64,000 nucleotides of DNA from an uncultured delta proteobacterium. GTDB taxonomy: Bacteria > Desulfobacterota > Binatia > Binatales > Binataceae. The DNA is taken from positions 992,001-1,056,000 of the forward strand of contig CAVXXK010000001.1 in NCBI GenBank assembly GCA_963765675.1, in the 5' to 3' direction. Below are positions 1 to 10,350 of the stretch, one piece after another. The notes below the pieces were generated by a model that did not search any database, was not told where the DNA came from, and saw only the letters and a list, made by a program, of their open reading frames with translations. The stretch's first letter is position 1. The number at the start of each line of letters is the position of its first letter. A program made the translations under genes and the position numbers.

Positions 1-17
1 TTGTAGCTGCGTCGGCG

Positions 18-314
18 ATGCTCGGGATTGCGATGGCGTTTTCCGCCTCGATTCCTGCCTATGCCGCCAGCAAAGTGGACTGCGACGCCGTGATGCAGTC
101 GCTTAACTCCGGCAAGCATGCCAAGGATGTCGCTACCGAGATGAGCATCTCGGTCTCGAGCGTCTATCGCTGCAAGCGGCACGCAAAAGCCGCCGCCAAG
201 GCCGAGACCAAGGCCCAGGGCAAGGGCAGTGGCGCACAAGCCGCCGTGCAGAATAACGCGACGGGCGGAGGAGCGATGGCAGCTCCGTCGGCTGCGTCTT
301 CAGCGGCTCACTGA
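18..314 (+). CDS. Small exported protein with HTH-like segment (5' end may lie outside the window)
   Basis: Hydrophobic N-terminus ending AYA-A, then C..KHAKDVATEMSISVSSVYRC and an Ala/Gly-rich tail; frame is open back to the window edge. Confidence 0.7.
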   Translation: MLGIAMAFSASIPAYAASKVDCDAVMQSLNSGKHAKDVATEMSISVSSVYRCKRHAKAAAKAETKAQGKGSGAQAAVQNNATGGGAMAAPSAASSAAH

Positions 315-326
315 CCAGATTCGAAT

Positions 327-362
327 ACGCTCCGCGGGTTTATTTGAGCGCCCGCGGGGCGT
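327..362. terminator. GC-rich stem-loop after the first ORF
   Basis: acgctccgcggg...cccgcggggcgt inverted repeat; no clear U tract. Confidence 0.35.
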
Positions 363-386
363 GACTTCCATTCAGGCGCCAGTCTG

Positions 387-680
387 ATGCCCAAGTGCGA
401 GCTTTGCGAGCTGCGTGATTACACGCAGCGTTACTGCCAGTTTGTCCATCCGTTCAAGTTCGCGATTCTCGATTGCGATTCCTGCGACACACCGATGGCC
501 GTGCTCGGGGACCATCGTGTCGCCCCGTCCGATGAGGAGCGCGCTTTCATGATCGAGGCGCTCTCGCTGGTCGCGCGGACGAAGTACGGTGAAGATAGAT
601 TCATCATCGACGGTGTAATGCGCCAAATTCCGGACCATTGCCATATCCACGCGCGCCCGATCATGCGCTTTGGCGACTAA
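387..680 (+). CDS. Small HIT-like protein with two CxxC motifs
   Basis: CELC at the N-terminus, CDSC, and C-terminal HCHIH histidine triad. Confidence 0.7.
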   Translation: MPKCELCELRDYTQRYCQFVHPFKFAILDCDSCDTPMAVLGDHRVAPSDEERAFMIEALSLVARTKYGEDRFIIDGVMRQIPDHCHIHARPIMRFGD

Positions 681-907
681 TCGGCACCTGCTGTCACAGC
701 AAATCCTCCTACAGCGTGTAGGGCGATCTCGCTCTGCGCCGAGCCACTGCGGCTCGGAATAAGCAATCACGGCTTTTTGGACCGTTTGGTGTGCGGGCCG
801 CCATATGGTATATGCGCGCCGTTACGTTGCGTCGCCTGGGGAGGCGCCGCAACCCCCAGAGTCATTGGCTTTTTTTGCTCGAGGGGTTCTTCAGGAGGTA
901 CGGGGGA

Positions 908-1111
908 ATGCCTACCGGCACGGTTAAGTGGTTTAGTCCGAAAAAGGGCTACGGTTTCATCACGATGGAGGACGGACAGGAAGTGTTCGTCCACTACAGC
1001 GCTATCGACGGCAACGGCTTTCGTTCGCTCGAACAGGGCGAACGGGTGCAGTTCGAGGTGGCGCAAGGTCCCAAGGGGCTGCAAGCCTCGGCTGTGAGCC
1101 GCGCCGCGTAA
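908..1111 (+). CDS. Cold-shock protein (CspA family)
   Basis: MPTGTVKWFSPKKGYGFI...VFVHYSAI (RNP1/RNP2); ATG at 908 after a purine-rich RBS. Confidence 0.97.
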   Translation: MPTGTVKWFSPKKGYGFITMEDGQEVFVHYSAIDGNGFRSLEQGERVQFEVAQGPKGLQASAVSRAA

Positions 1112-1282
1112 GCGGCCGGCAAGCAGCATCACGCCATCAAGAGGGGATGCGCTCCGGGTTTTATTGCCTGGCGCGCATCGCCCTGTCCAAAACTCCGCGC
1201 GTCGAGCTGGTTTGGGTTTATCCCAAACTCGATTCGCGCTATTTGATGAGCCGAACGTATTTCTTGCTTGAGGGAAGCCGCG

Positions 1283-2230
1283 ATGAGTAATGCGCTGCCG
1301 GTCGGTGACCGGATCAGATTCGGAGTGTCGGCCGGGGTCGGAAACGCGGAACAGGCGCGGCACATGCTCGACGAAATCGCGCGATGGGGCTACGACATCG
1401 TATGGGCGGGCGATCACGTCGCATTCACCGGACCGATCAGCGATCCGTTTATCCAGTTGAGCTACTTCTCCGCGTTGCGTCCGGAGCTCACTTACGGCAC
1501 CAGCATCTACCTGCTCCCGCTGCGCAATCCGACCACGGTCGCCAAGATGGTGGCGACGCTCGATCGGATGCTCGGCGCCGGCCACTTCATCTTCGGCATC
1601 GGAGTCGGCGGAGAATTCCCGCCCGAGTTCGAGGCGTGCGGCGTTGCGGTCAAGCAGCGCGGCGGACGCACCAACGAGGCGATACAGCTAATCAAGCGGC
1701 TATGGACCGAAGATCGCGTCGAGCATCGTGGCAAGTATTTCAGCTTCGGCGCGATCAAAATGGAGCCCAAGCCTGCGACTCCCGGCGGTCCGCCGATTTG
1801 GGTCGGAGGACGTGCCGAGGCCGCGCTCAAGCGCGCCGCATTATACGGCGACGGTTGGATGCCTTACGTCGTGACGCCTAAGCGCGTGAGCGACGGGCTC
1901 GAGTTTATCGCGCGCGAGGCTGAACGTGCCCGGCGCAAGATCACCAACTTCGGAACCTGCGTGCATCTGTTCTGCACTCTCGGCGCGACGTACGAAGCTG
2001 CGCTCGACGTATCCGCCGAGCATCTGAGCAAGCGCTATGCGATGGACTTCCGCGAGCCGGCCAAGCGCTACGCCGCGCTCGGCACCCCGGCGGACGTTGC
2101 GGCGCGCGTCGGCGAGTTCATCAAGGCGGGAGTGCGCGATATCGGAATCGACGCGATATGCCATCCGCGCGATCGTTCGGCGCAGCTCGATCAGTTTGCG
2201 CGCGAGGTCATTCCGCTCGTCAGGAAGTAG
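1283..2230 (+). CDS. LLM-class flavin/F420-dependent oxidoreductase
   Basis: GDH, LPLRNPTTVAK, GIGVGG..PEF, PPIWVGG, RAALYGDGW motifs. Confidence 0.92.
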   Translation: MSNALPVGDRIRFGVSAGVGNAEQARHMLDEIARWGYDIVWAGDHVAFTGPISDPFIQLSYFSALRPELTYGTSIYLLPLRNPTTVAKMVATLDRMLGAGHFIFGIGVGGEFPPEFEACGVAVKQRGGRTNEAIQLIKRLWTEDRVEHRGKYFSFGAIKMEPKPATPGGPPIWVGGRAEAALKRAALYGDGWMPYVVTPKRVSDGLEFIAREAERARRKITNFGTCVHLFCTLGATYEAALDVSAEHLSKRYAMDFREPAKRYAALGTPADVAARVGEFIKAGVRDIGIDAICHPRDRSAQLDQFAREVIPLVRK

Positions 2231-2876
2231 TGCGCTGCCACGTTCGCCGGAAGCGCCCATCGTGAAGCCGCGGCCACACCGGCTTGCGGTAGGGGCGCTT
2301 GAACCCGTCAGCGGGATAGCCGATCGGAACCAGCGCAATCAGCTGATAATCTTCGGGCACGCCGAGTAGCGCCTTGGTCTCCGCCTCACGCGGCGACAGC
2401 ATCGTGGTCATCGCGGTCCCGATTCCAAGCGCCCGCGCCGCCAGCATCATCAGCTCGATCGCGGGAAAGATCGATCCATAGGTCGCGCCGAAGTTGGACA
2501 GGTCCTCGGGCGAGCCGCGCACGACGCGCATCTTGGGACGATCAAGAAAGATCACGATATGCGCGGGCACGATCGCGAGCGCGGCGGCGAACTCGTCGCC
2601 GACTGCGAGCGCCTTTTGCGCGCGTGGCGACAGCGTCTTGCGTCCGCGGATAATCGCGCTCTCCTTGTACGGCTCCCATGACGCCCGGTACATCTTCTGG
2701 ATTTCGCGCCGCGCCTCAGCCTCGCGCACGATCACGAATTCCCACGGCTGCGCGTTCGAGCCCGAGGGCGCCATGTTGGCGGTCTCGAGCACGCGTTCGA
2801 GATCGCGTTGTTCGATAGGACGTGGCGAAAATCGCCGCACGGTCGGAGTGCTGTTTGCTACGTCAAAAAAGTCCAT
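2220..2876 (-). CDS. Nitroreductase family protein
   Basis: TVRRF, APSGSNAQPWEF, LAARALGIG, VPIGYP. Confidence 0.92.
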   Translation of the reverse strand: MDFFDVANSTPTVRRFSPRPIEQRDLERVLETANMAPSGSNAQPWEFVIVREAEARREIQKMYRASWEPYKESAIIRGRKTLSPRAQKALAVGDEFAAALAIVPAHIVIFLDRPKMRVVRGSPEDLSNFGATYGSIFPAIELMMLAARALGIGTAMTTMLSPREAETKALLGVPEDYQLIALVPIGYPADGFKRPYRKPVWPRLHDGRFRRTWQRTTS

Positions 2877-2897
2877 TACAGCTCGTGGCCTCCGCGC

Positions 2898-3971
2898 TTA
2901 TTCCAGTTCGAGCGGCAGCGCGCCCCGCTCGAAGACGCGTCCGACGATCGCCGCGTCGGGATAGCCCGCGCGATGCAGCGCGGCCAGCAAATCTGTCGCC
3001 TGCCCCTCGGGCAGCGCGATAAGCAGCCCGCCCGAGGTCTGCGGATCAAACGCGAGCGACGCCATCACGTCGGAAACCTCGTCATGAATCTTGACCATCG
3101 GTTCGTAGAATTCGCGATTGCGCGCTCCGCCTCCCGGAATCATTCCGGCGCGGCAGAGCTCGATCGCGCCGGGCAGCAGCGGCAGATCCGATTCCTCGAA
3201 AATCATCGTGACGGCACTGCCGAGCGCCATTTTCGATGCGTGGCCCAAAAGTCCGAAGCCAGTGATGTCGGTCGCCGCGTGAACTTCGTACTCGAGCATC
3301 GCGGCCGCCGCGCCCGCGTTCAGTTGCGCCATCACTTTGACCGCGGCCTCGTACTGATCGGCAGGCAACGCGTCGCGTTTGAACGCGGTCATCAGAATTC
3401 CGGTTCCGAGCGGCTTGGCGAGGACGAGCGCGTCACCGGCCTTGGCGCCAACGTTGCGAATTATCCGGCTTGGATCGATTACGCCGGTTATCGCCATCCC
3501 GAATTTCACTTCCTCATCGGCAACGCTATGCCCGCCCACCACGACGGCGCCGGCCTCGCGCACTTTGTCGGAGCCCCCGCGCAGAATCTCCGCCAGCATC
3601 GCGCCCGGCATCCCGGATTGCGGCCAGCACACGATATTGAGCGCGCTGATCGGACGCCCGCCCATCGCATAGACGTCGCTCAGCGCGTTGGCCGCGGAAA
3701 TCTGTCCGTAGGTGTATGGATCGTCAACCACCGGAGTAAAAAAATCCACTGTGTTGACGATCGCCAGATTGTCGCTCAAACGGAACACTCCGGCGTCGTC
3801 GCCGGTCGAGATTCCAACCAGCAAATCGGGATGGCTCGGCAGTTCGAGCATCGCAAGTGTGGCCGCCAGATCCGCCGGACCCAGCTTGCCGGCTCAACCT
3901 GCTGCCTTGCACCGCGCCGTCAGGCGAATGATGTCGTCGCGTGACGGATTATTATCCTTCGTCTCGGGCAT
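2898..3971 (-). CDS. selD: Selenide, water dikinase (selenophosphate synthetase), selenocysteine-containing
   Basis: MPETKD...IRLTARCKAAG-U(TGA 3894-3896)-AGKLGP is in frame with the downstream ORF carrying GDDAGV, TVDFFTPVVDDP, NALSDVYAMGG, TDITGFGLLGH, DPQTSGGLL. Confidence 0.95.
3865..3893 (-). promoter_or_regulatory. Bacterial SECIS-like hairpin 3' of the selD UGA
   Basis: mRNA UGA-GCCGGCAA-GCUGGGUCC-GGC-GGAUCUGGC: 9-bp stem including GU pairs, with a G-containing apical loop 17 nt after the UGA. Confidence 0.7.
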
Positions 3972-4004
3972 CGGTCACATTGTCGTCTTTTTGCGTGCGC
4001 GATG

Positions 4005-5936
4005 TCATTCCGCGCGCGAGCGCAAACGGCGTGCGTCGCCGATTCGGGTGGTCACGCCGCTGTGATCGAAATAATCGAGCAGCGCGATCGCGAACTTGCG
4101 CGAGGCGCCCAGCAGATCGCGATAGGTTGCCGCGGTAATTTCAGGATTCTTCGCCAGATGTTCGACCAGAATCGCGCGCGCGCTATCAATCGCGCCGCGG
4201 GTGAAATACAGATCGGTCGCGATTTTGACGATCCGCCCCTCGCGCTCGAGCGCCGCCGCGATCGTGCGCATCGGCGCGAGCGCCGTCGGCGGGAGTTTTA
4301 ATTCGAGCGCGAGCTGAGTCAGGTCGGGCGGCTGATAGCGCGCGACCGCGAGCGCCTGCTCGATCTGCCCGCCGAGCTTGCCCGCCGCGCCGCCCAGATG
4401 CACTTGATGCGAAGCAAGGTGCAGCATGCTGTCGTCGCGCACGATTCCGGTTTCGCGCGCTAGCCGATCGACGATGGAACGAAACGCGCGAGCACTTACC
4501 TCCCACGGCAGCCGCGAGCGTAGCGCTTCCATCTCGAGCCCGGGCGCGAGCGGCTCGGCCGCGTGATGCGCCGTCAGGGCGGCGATCGCGAAACGTCCGA
4601 GCGCGTCCCACTTCGCGGCGGTGGTGAAGCCCTCCTCGTCGCCCATCGAAAGCTTGATGAAGCGCGCGTCCTTCAGCGCCGCTGCGATCTCCTTCTGCGG
4701 CGCGTTGAGCAGTTGCTGGGCTCGCAGCGCGCTGAGCGCAAGGCTCTCCTGCAAATCGATCAGCGCTTCGAGCGCGGCGGCCCCGGCGCCGTCGCGCAGA
4801 ATCGCGAGGTTCGCCCGGTAGCGCTCGAGCGGCTTGCGCGCGCGGCGGCCGAGCGGGTTGAGCACCACGCCGCCTCCGAGAGTGCGCATATTGGTTTCGT
4901 CGCGGATTACAAAGCGGTCGCCGCCCAGCGCGACGATCGGATCGTCGGTGACAATCTGGACCAGGCATCGCTCCTTGGGCGCGATCGCGGTTCTGTCTTC
5001 GAGCAGAATTGCGCGGCCGATCGTCTCCGCCGTGCCGATATACAGCCGCAGACGCGAGTTCGCGCGCAGCGGACGTTTTGCGGCGGGCCGAATCTCGAGC
5101 GACGCGTCAAAGCGCGTGGTCGCGAAGTCGAGCTTCTCGTCAGCGAGCACCAGCCCACGCTTGAGCTCGATTCGCTCGGCGCCCGCGAGGTTGAGCGCCA
5201 CGCGCTGGCATCGCCCTGCGCGCTCGACCGGCTCGGAGTGCATCTGCACCGCGCGCACGCGCACCTCGTCGCCGGCGGGCAGCACGCGAAGTTTCTGGCC
5301 GACCCGAACCTCGGCGCCAATCGCGGTGCCGGTCACGACCGCGCCGTGCCCTTTGATCGCGAATGATCGATCGATCGGCAGCCGGAAAATTCCGGTCGCG
5401 CGCCGTCCCTCGAAGCCTTCGAGCTGGCGGACGATCTCGGCGCGCAGCTCGTCGATCCCGACGCCGGTTTGCGATGAGACCATGATCACCGGCGCGCTTT
5501 CGAGCGTGGTGCCCTCGGCGAGCAACTCGATCTCGTCGCGAACCTCGCTGATTCGCGCGGCGTCGGCAAGATCGGATTTCGTGATCACGAAAATTCCTCG
5601 GCGCGTGCCGAGCAGATGCAGGATGTCCAGATGCTCTTCGCTCTGCGGCATCACGCCGTCATCGGCCGCAATCGTGAACAGCACCAGGTCGATACCGTGC
5701 GCGCCGGCCAACATGTTGCGGATGAAGCGCTCGTGCCCCGGCACGTCGACCACACCCGCGCGCGTGCCGTCCGGCAGCATGAAATAGGCGAACCCAAGCT
5801 CGATCGAGATGCCGCGCTCGCGCTCTTCTTTCAGGCGGTCGGTTTCCTGGCCGGTCAGCACGCGAACCAGCGCGGTCTTGCCATGATCGATATGGCCGGC
5901 GGTGCCAAGAATCGCGTGTGTAACTTGCGGCGGCAT
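4005..5936 (-). CDS. selB: Selenocysteine-specific elongation factor
   Basis: GTAGHIDHGKT, EERERGISIELGF, DVPGHERF; C-terminal winged-helix RDLLGASRKFAIALLDYFD..TTRIGDAR. Confidence 0.97.
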   Translation of the reverse strand: MPPQVTHAILGTAGHIDHGKTALVRVLTGQETDRLKEERERGISIELGFAYFMLPDGTRAGVVDVPGHERFIRNMLAGAHGIDLVLFTIAADDGVMPQSEEHLDILHLLGTRRGIFVITKSDLADAARISEVRDEIELLAEGTTLESAPVIMVSSQTGVGIDELRAEIVRQLEGFEGRRATGIFRLPIDRSFAIKGHGAVVTGTAIGAEVRVGQKLRVLPAGDEVRVRAVQMHSEPVERAGRCQRVALNLAGAERIELKRGLVLADEKLDFATTRFDASLEIRPAAKRPLRANSRLRLYIGTAETIGRAILLEDRTAIAPKERCLVQIVTDDPIVALGGDRFVIRDETNMRTLGGGVVLNPLGRRARKPLERYRANLAILRDGAGAAALEALIDLQESLALSALRAQQLLNAPQKEIAAALKDARFIKLSMGDEEGFTTAAKWDALGRFAIAALTAHHAAEPLAPGLEMEALRSRLPWEVSARAFRSIVDRLARETGIVRDDSMLHLASHQVHLGGAAGKLGGQIEQALAVARYQPPDLTQLALELKLPPTALAPMRTIAAALEREGRIVKIATDLYFTRGAIDSARAILVEHLAKNPEITAATYRDLLGASRKFAIALLDYFDHSGVTTRIGDARRLRSRAE

Positions 5937-5943
5937 CGTCTTT

Positions 5944-7555
5944 CTACATCCTGAATACCCCGAACTGTGCGGATGGCGCGACGGGCGCGTTGAGCGAGGC
6001 TGCGATCCCAAGCGCGAGCGCGTTGCGCGTTTCGACCGGGTCGATCACGCCGTCGTCCCATAGCCGCGCCGACGAATAGTAGCAGCTCGATTCGAGATCG
6101 TACTTTTCGAGCGTCGGACGGGTGAACTCGCGCTGCTCGTCCGCGCTCATCGTCTGGCTTTCGCGCTTCAACTGATCGAGCTTGACTGTGAGCAAGGTAT
6201 TTGCGGCCTGCTCGCCGCCCATCACCGAGATGCGCGAGTTCGGCCACATGAACATCAGGCGCGGACCGAACGCGCGCCCGCACATCCCGTAATTTCCCGC
6301 GCCATTCGACGCGCCGATAATCACGGTGAATTTCGGCACCTGCGCGTTGGCGACAGCGTTGACCATCTTGGCGCCGTCTTTTGCGATTCCGCCTTGCTCA
6401 TAACGTTTGCCGACGATGAATCCGGTGATGTTCTGGAGAAAGACCAGCGGGATGCGCCGCGCGCAGCAGAGCTCGATGAAATGCGTCGCCTTCAGCGCGG
6501 ATTCGCTGAACAGCACGCCGTTGTTCGCGATGATTCCGGCAGGGTAGCCGAAGATTCGCGCGAAGCCGGTTACGAGCGTGTTCCCATAGCGCGGCTTGAA
6601 CTCGTGCATTCTGCTGCCGTCGACGATTCGCGCGATCACCTCGCGCACGTCATAGGGTTTGCGCGTGTCGGACGGAATCACGCCGTAGAGTTCGGCGGGA
6701 TCGTAGTACGGATCTTCGGGCGGGTCCTGAACACCGGCGACTGATTCGCGCGGACCGAGGTTTTCAAAAATTGCGCGCGCGATTCGCAGCGCGTCCTCGT
6801 CGTCTTCCGCCAGATGATCGCTCACGCCCGAGAGCCTCGTGTGCACGTCGCCGCCGCCGAGCTCTTCGGCGCTGACTTCCTCTCCGGTCGCGGCGCGCAC
6901 CAGAGGCGGCCCGGCCAGGAAGATCGTTCCCTGCTCGCGCACTATGATGTTTTCGTCGCACATCGCGGGTACGTAGGCGCCGCCCGCCGTGCACGAACCC
7001 ATCACGACCGCGACCTGCGCGATTCCGAGCGCCGACATCCGCGCCTGGTTGTAGAAGATGCGCCCGAAGTGATCGCGGTCGGGGAATACTTCCGCCTGCA
7101 GCGGCAGAAACGCACCGCCCTGAATCGACCAGGTAAACGCACGGCAGGCGATTGTCCATCGCGATCTCCTGCGCGCGCAGATGCTTCTTCACCGTCATCG
7201 GATAGTACGTGCCGCCTTTGACCGTCGCGTCATTCGCGATCACGATCACCTCGCGTCCATGCACGCGCCCGATCCCGGTCACGAGACTCGCGCCCGGCGC
7301 GTCGCCGCCGTACATCCCGTGCGCCGCGAGCGTCGAAAGTTCGAGGAACGGGCTGCCCTCGTCGAGCAGCTTGCGCACCCGGTCGCGCGCGAGCAGCTTG
7401 CCGCGTTCCAGGTGACGCTTGCGCGCATGCTCGGGGCCGCCGGCGCGGACGCGCTCGATTTCCGCGCGCAGCTTCTGCACCTGAGCCGCAATGACTTCGC
7501 GGTTTTTGCGAAATTCCTCTGACAAGGTCTGGATGCGTGATTCGATTCGATCCAT
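5944..7555 (-). CDS. mccB: 3-methylcrotonyl-CoA carboxylase beta (carboxyltransferase) subunit, +1 frameshift near 7119
   Basis: [22 protein letters not shown] and [28 protein letters not shown] lie in two frames; removing one base of ccc (7118-7120) restores [10 protein letters not shown]. Confidence 0.9.
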
Positions 7556-7658
7556 ATCTGTCTCAAGATCTCCTGATGATGCCTGCCGCGGCGGTTTCGG
7601 CTAGATATTAGCGTTAAGCCGCCTCGCTTGCGCAGCGCAAGTATGGGCGCATCCGACA

Positions 7659-10007
7659 ATGCGTGACCGAGATCTCAAATCGCTCGAGTTCGACAAGGTG
7701 CTGAACCTCGTTGCCGGGCACGCCGCCTCCGAGCCGGGGCGTGAAGCGACGCTACGGCTTCGGCCCGCAACCGCAGCCGCCGAGGTTCGCGAGCTCCTGC
7801 GTGCCACCGCCGAGATGGTCGAATTGCGCGCCCACGCCGGCTCGCTCCCGATGCAATCCTTCGCCGATCAGCGAAACCTGTTGCTGGTGGCGTCGCGCAG
7901 CGGCGCGGTACTCGACGGCGCGTCGCTTTTGCTGATTCGCGATTTCGTGCTTGCCTCTCGCCACGTAGCGGGCTTCATGCGCTCGCGCGTCGAGCGGCTG
8001 CCGCATCTGGCGGAGCTGCATCAGAATCTGCTTGCGCCCAAAGAGCTTGCCGACGCGCTCCTGTCCGCGCTCGCCGACGATGCCACGCTGCTCGACGACG
8101 CGAGCCCCGAGCTGCGCCGATTGCGCCGTCGGCTGCGCGACGAACGCAGCGAGCTCGAAACGCGCCTTGCGCGCTCGCTCAGCGCCGGCGGGATGGAGCC
8201 GTTCGTTTCAGATTTCGTCGTAACGGTTCGCAATCGCCGCTTCGTGCTGCCTCTCAAGCTCAACTATGCGGAACGCCTGGAAGGTATCGTGCAGGACCGC
8301 TCGGTCTCGGGCGAGACGCTGTTCGTCGAGCCAATGTGGGCGGTCGAGTTGAACAACCGCGTCATGATGCTCGAACGCGAGGCCGAGGCGGAAGAACGGC
8401 GAATCCTGGCCGCGCTGACCGCGATGACCGGCGGCTACGCCCGCGAGCTGGAACTGACTTTCGCCGCGATGGTCGAGCTGGACGCGCTCAACGCACGCGC
8501 GATTTTTGCCGAGCGCTACACCTGCGTCCAACCCGAGATTGTCGACGACGGGATCGACTTCACCGACGCGCGCCATCCGCTGCTCTTGCAAAGCGGGCGC
8601 GAGGTCGTGCCGATCGATGTGAGTATCGCGCCCGGGCAGCATGGACTCGTCATCTCGGGACCCAACACCGGCGGCAAAACCGTTGCGCTGAAAACCATCG
8701 GCCTGCTTTCCCTGATGGCGCAAACCGGATTGCTCATTCCGTCACGCGCCGGTAGCAAGGCGATGGTGTTTCGCAGCGTGTTCGCCGATATCGGCGACGA
8801 ACAGTCAATCGAAGCCAACCTCTCGAGCTTCTCCGGCCATATCGCCAACCTGTCGGAAATCGTGCGCTCGCTCGACGAACCCGCGCTGGTGATCCTCGAC
8901 GAGCCCGGTGCCGGAACCGACCCTGCGGAAGGCGCGGCGCTCGCGATCGGGTTGATGAACCATCTTGCGGCTCGGCGATGCATGGTCGCGATCGCGACGC
9001 ATTCAACGGCGGTCAAGCTGCATGCATACTCGCGCGCCGACTTCGACGCGGCGGCGGTGGATTTCGATCCCGAGCGGCTGACCCCGCTCTACCGGTTGAA
9101 GCCGCATACGATCGGCCAGAGCTACGGACTCGCGGTCGCGCGGCGTCTCGGCCTACCCGACGAAATAATCCGCGCGGCCGAGGCCGCGATGGGCGCGGGA
9201 AGCGTCGAGCTGGACCAGGCCCTCACTCGCCTTGAGGCCGAGCGCGCGCGAATTTGCGACGACGCCGAACGCGCGCAAACGCGCCAGCAGGAGCTCGAGC
9301 GTGACCTCAGAGACGCTCGCGCCCAAGCTGAACGCGCTCGCGAGAAATCCGAGCTCGAGCGCACTCGTGGCCGCGCCGCGGTCGCGGAGACGATCGAGAG
9401 CATCCGCCGCGAGGGCTCGGAGCTGATGCGCGAGCTCAAAGAACGTTCAAAATCGCGCACCGACCTGGGGAAATTCGTGGCGGACGCGGCGGCACGGCTC
9501 GAAACCGTGGCGCCCGCGCGCGAATCAGATCGCGCTTCGCTGGATAACGAGCCGCTGCGGCCCGGCGATCAGGTCGAGCTCGGTGAGATTCGTGCCGAGC
9601 TGCTCTCGATCGATTCGGATAAAGCGGTGATCGTTCGTGGCGGACTCAAAATCGAAGTCTCACCCGAACGTCTGCACCGTGCGCGCGAAAAATCCACGCA
9701 ATCCTCCGAAGCGGGACGCAAAGAACGAACCCACGCGGTCACGTTCACCACCGACGCGGGCGAACATGCGGAACTGAATCTTATCGGGATGCGCTCGGGC
9801 GACGCGCTCCGAAAACTCGAGGAATTTCTCGATCAGGCTTTCCTGACCAACCGCGCTGAGGTGCGAATCGTGCACGGAATCGGCTCGGGCGCGCTGCGCA
9901 AGGCGATCCAGGAATACCTGGGAACCTCGCCCTACTGCGCCTCATTCACGGCCGCCGACCCGCACCATGGCGGCGCGGGCGCGACTATCGTGCAGATGAA
10001 TCTGTAA
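7659..10007 (+). CDS. mutS2: MutS2 family protein
   Basis: LEFDKV, SGETLFVEP, SGPNTGGKT, DIGDEQSI, LDEPGAGTDP, coiled coil, C-terminal Smr domain (VHGIGSG). Confidence 0.96.
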   Translation: MRDRDLKSLEFDKVLNLVAGHAASEPGREATLRLRPATAAAEVRELLRATAEMVELRAHAGSLPMQSFADQRNLLLVASRSGAVLDGASLLLIRDFVLASRHVAGFMRSRVERLPHLAELHQNLLAPKELADALLSALADDATLLDDASPELRRLRRRLRDERSELETRLARSLSAGGMEPFVSDFVVTVRNRRFVLPLKLNYAERLEGIVQDRSVSGETLFVEPMWAVELNNRVMMLEREAEAEERRILAALTAMTGGYARELELTFAAMVELDALNARAIFAERYTCVQPEIVDDGIDFTDARHPLLLQSGREVVPIDVSIAPGQHGLVISGPNTGGKTVALKTIGLLSLMAQTGLLIPSRAGSKAMVFRSVFADIGDEQSIEANLSSFSGHIANLSEIVRSLDEPALVILDEPGAGTDPAEGAALAIGLMNHLAARRCMVAIATHSTAVKLHAYSRADFDAAAVDFDPERLTPLYRLKPHTIGQSYGLAVARRLGLPDEIIRAAEAAMGAGSVELDQALTRLEAERARICDDAERAQTRQQELERDLRDARAQAERAREKSELERTRGRAAVAETIESIRREGSELMRELKERSKSRTDLGKFVADAAARLETVAPARESDRASLDNEPLRPGDQVELGEIRAELLSIDSDKAVIVRGGLKIEVSPERLHRAREKSTQSSEAGRKERTHAVTFTTDAGEHAELNLIGMRSGDALRKLEEFLDQAFLTNRAEVRIVHGIGSGALRKAIQEYLGTSPYCASFTAADPHHGGAGATIVQMNL

Positions 10008-10022
10008 GGCTCGCGGCCGCTG

Positions 10023-10280
10023 TCAGGCTCGCGGACGAACCGGGATCACGTCCCAATGCTCGGGCGGATGCGGCACGAATCTGGCCGCCGCCGCGTTGCG
10101 GCCCATCGTCTTGAACATGCTCGCCTTCTGCGCCGCGTGGGCATAGCAGAAGCCCATCACCGCGGGATCCCCTTCCTCTTCCCCCACCACGACGAACACC
10201 CGCGCGCGCGCCGGCGTGCGTTCCTGCAGGCATACGGAGCAGGTGATGCGTCCGAAGAACTGCCGAACTTGTGTTTCCAT
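10023..10280 (-). CDS. Small hypothetical protein with CxxC...CxxH putative zinc site
   Basis: 85 aa, CSVC and CYAH; AGGGGG RBS and a promoter upstream. Confidence 0.7.
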   Translation of the reverse strand: METQVRQFFGRITCSVCLQERTPARARVFVVVGEEEGDPAVMGFCYAHAAQKASMFKTMGRNAAAARFVPHPPEHWDVIPVRPRA

Positions 10281-10350
10281 ACGGCCCCCTTGATGCCAAA
10301 TTTGGCCCGGCCCCGCAAGTACCCCTTTGCGGAACATTTTTCTCTACTTT

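Noticed and set aside
2808-3944. 378-aa plus-strand ORF and many other long antisense or alternate-frame ORFs
   Set aside because: Shadow ORFs of well-supported genes in a GC-rich genome; no recognisable motifs
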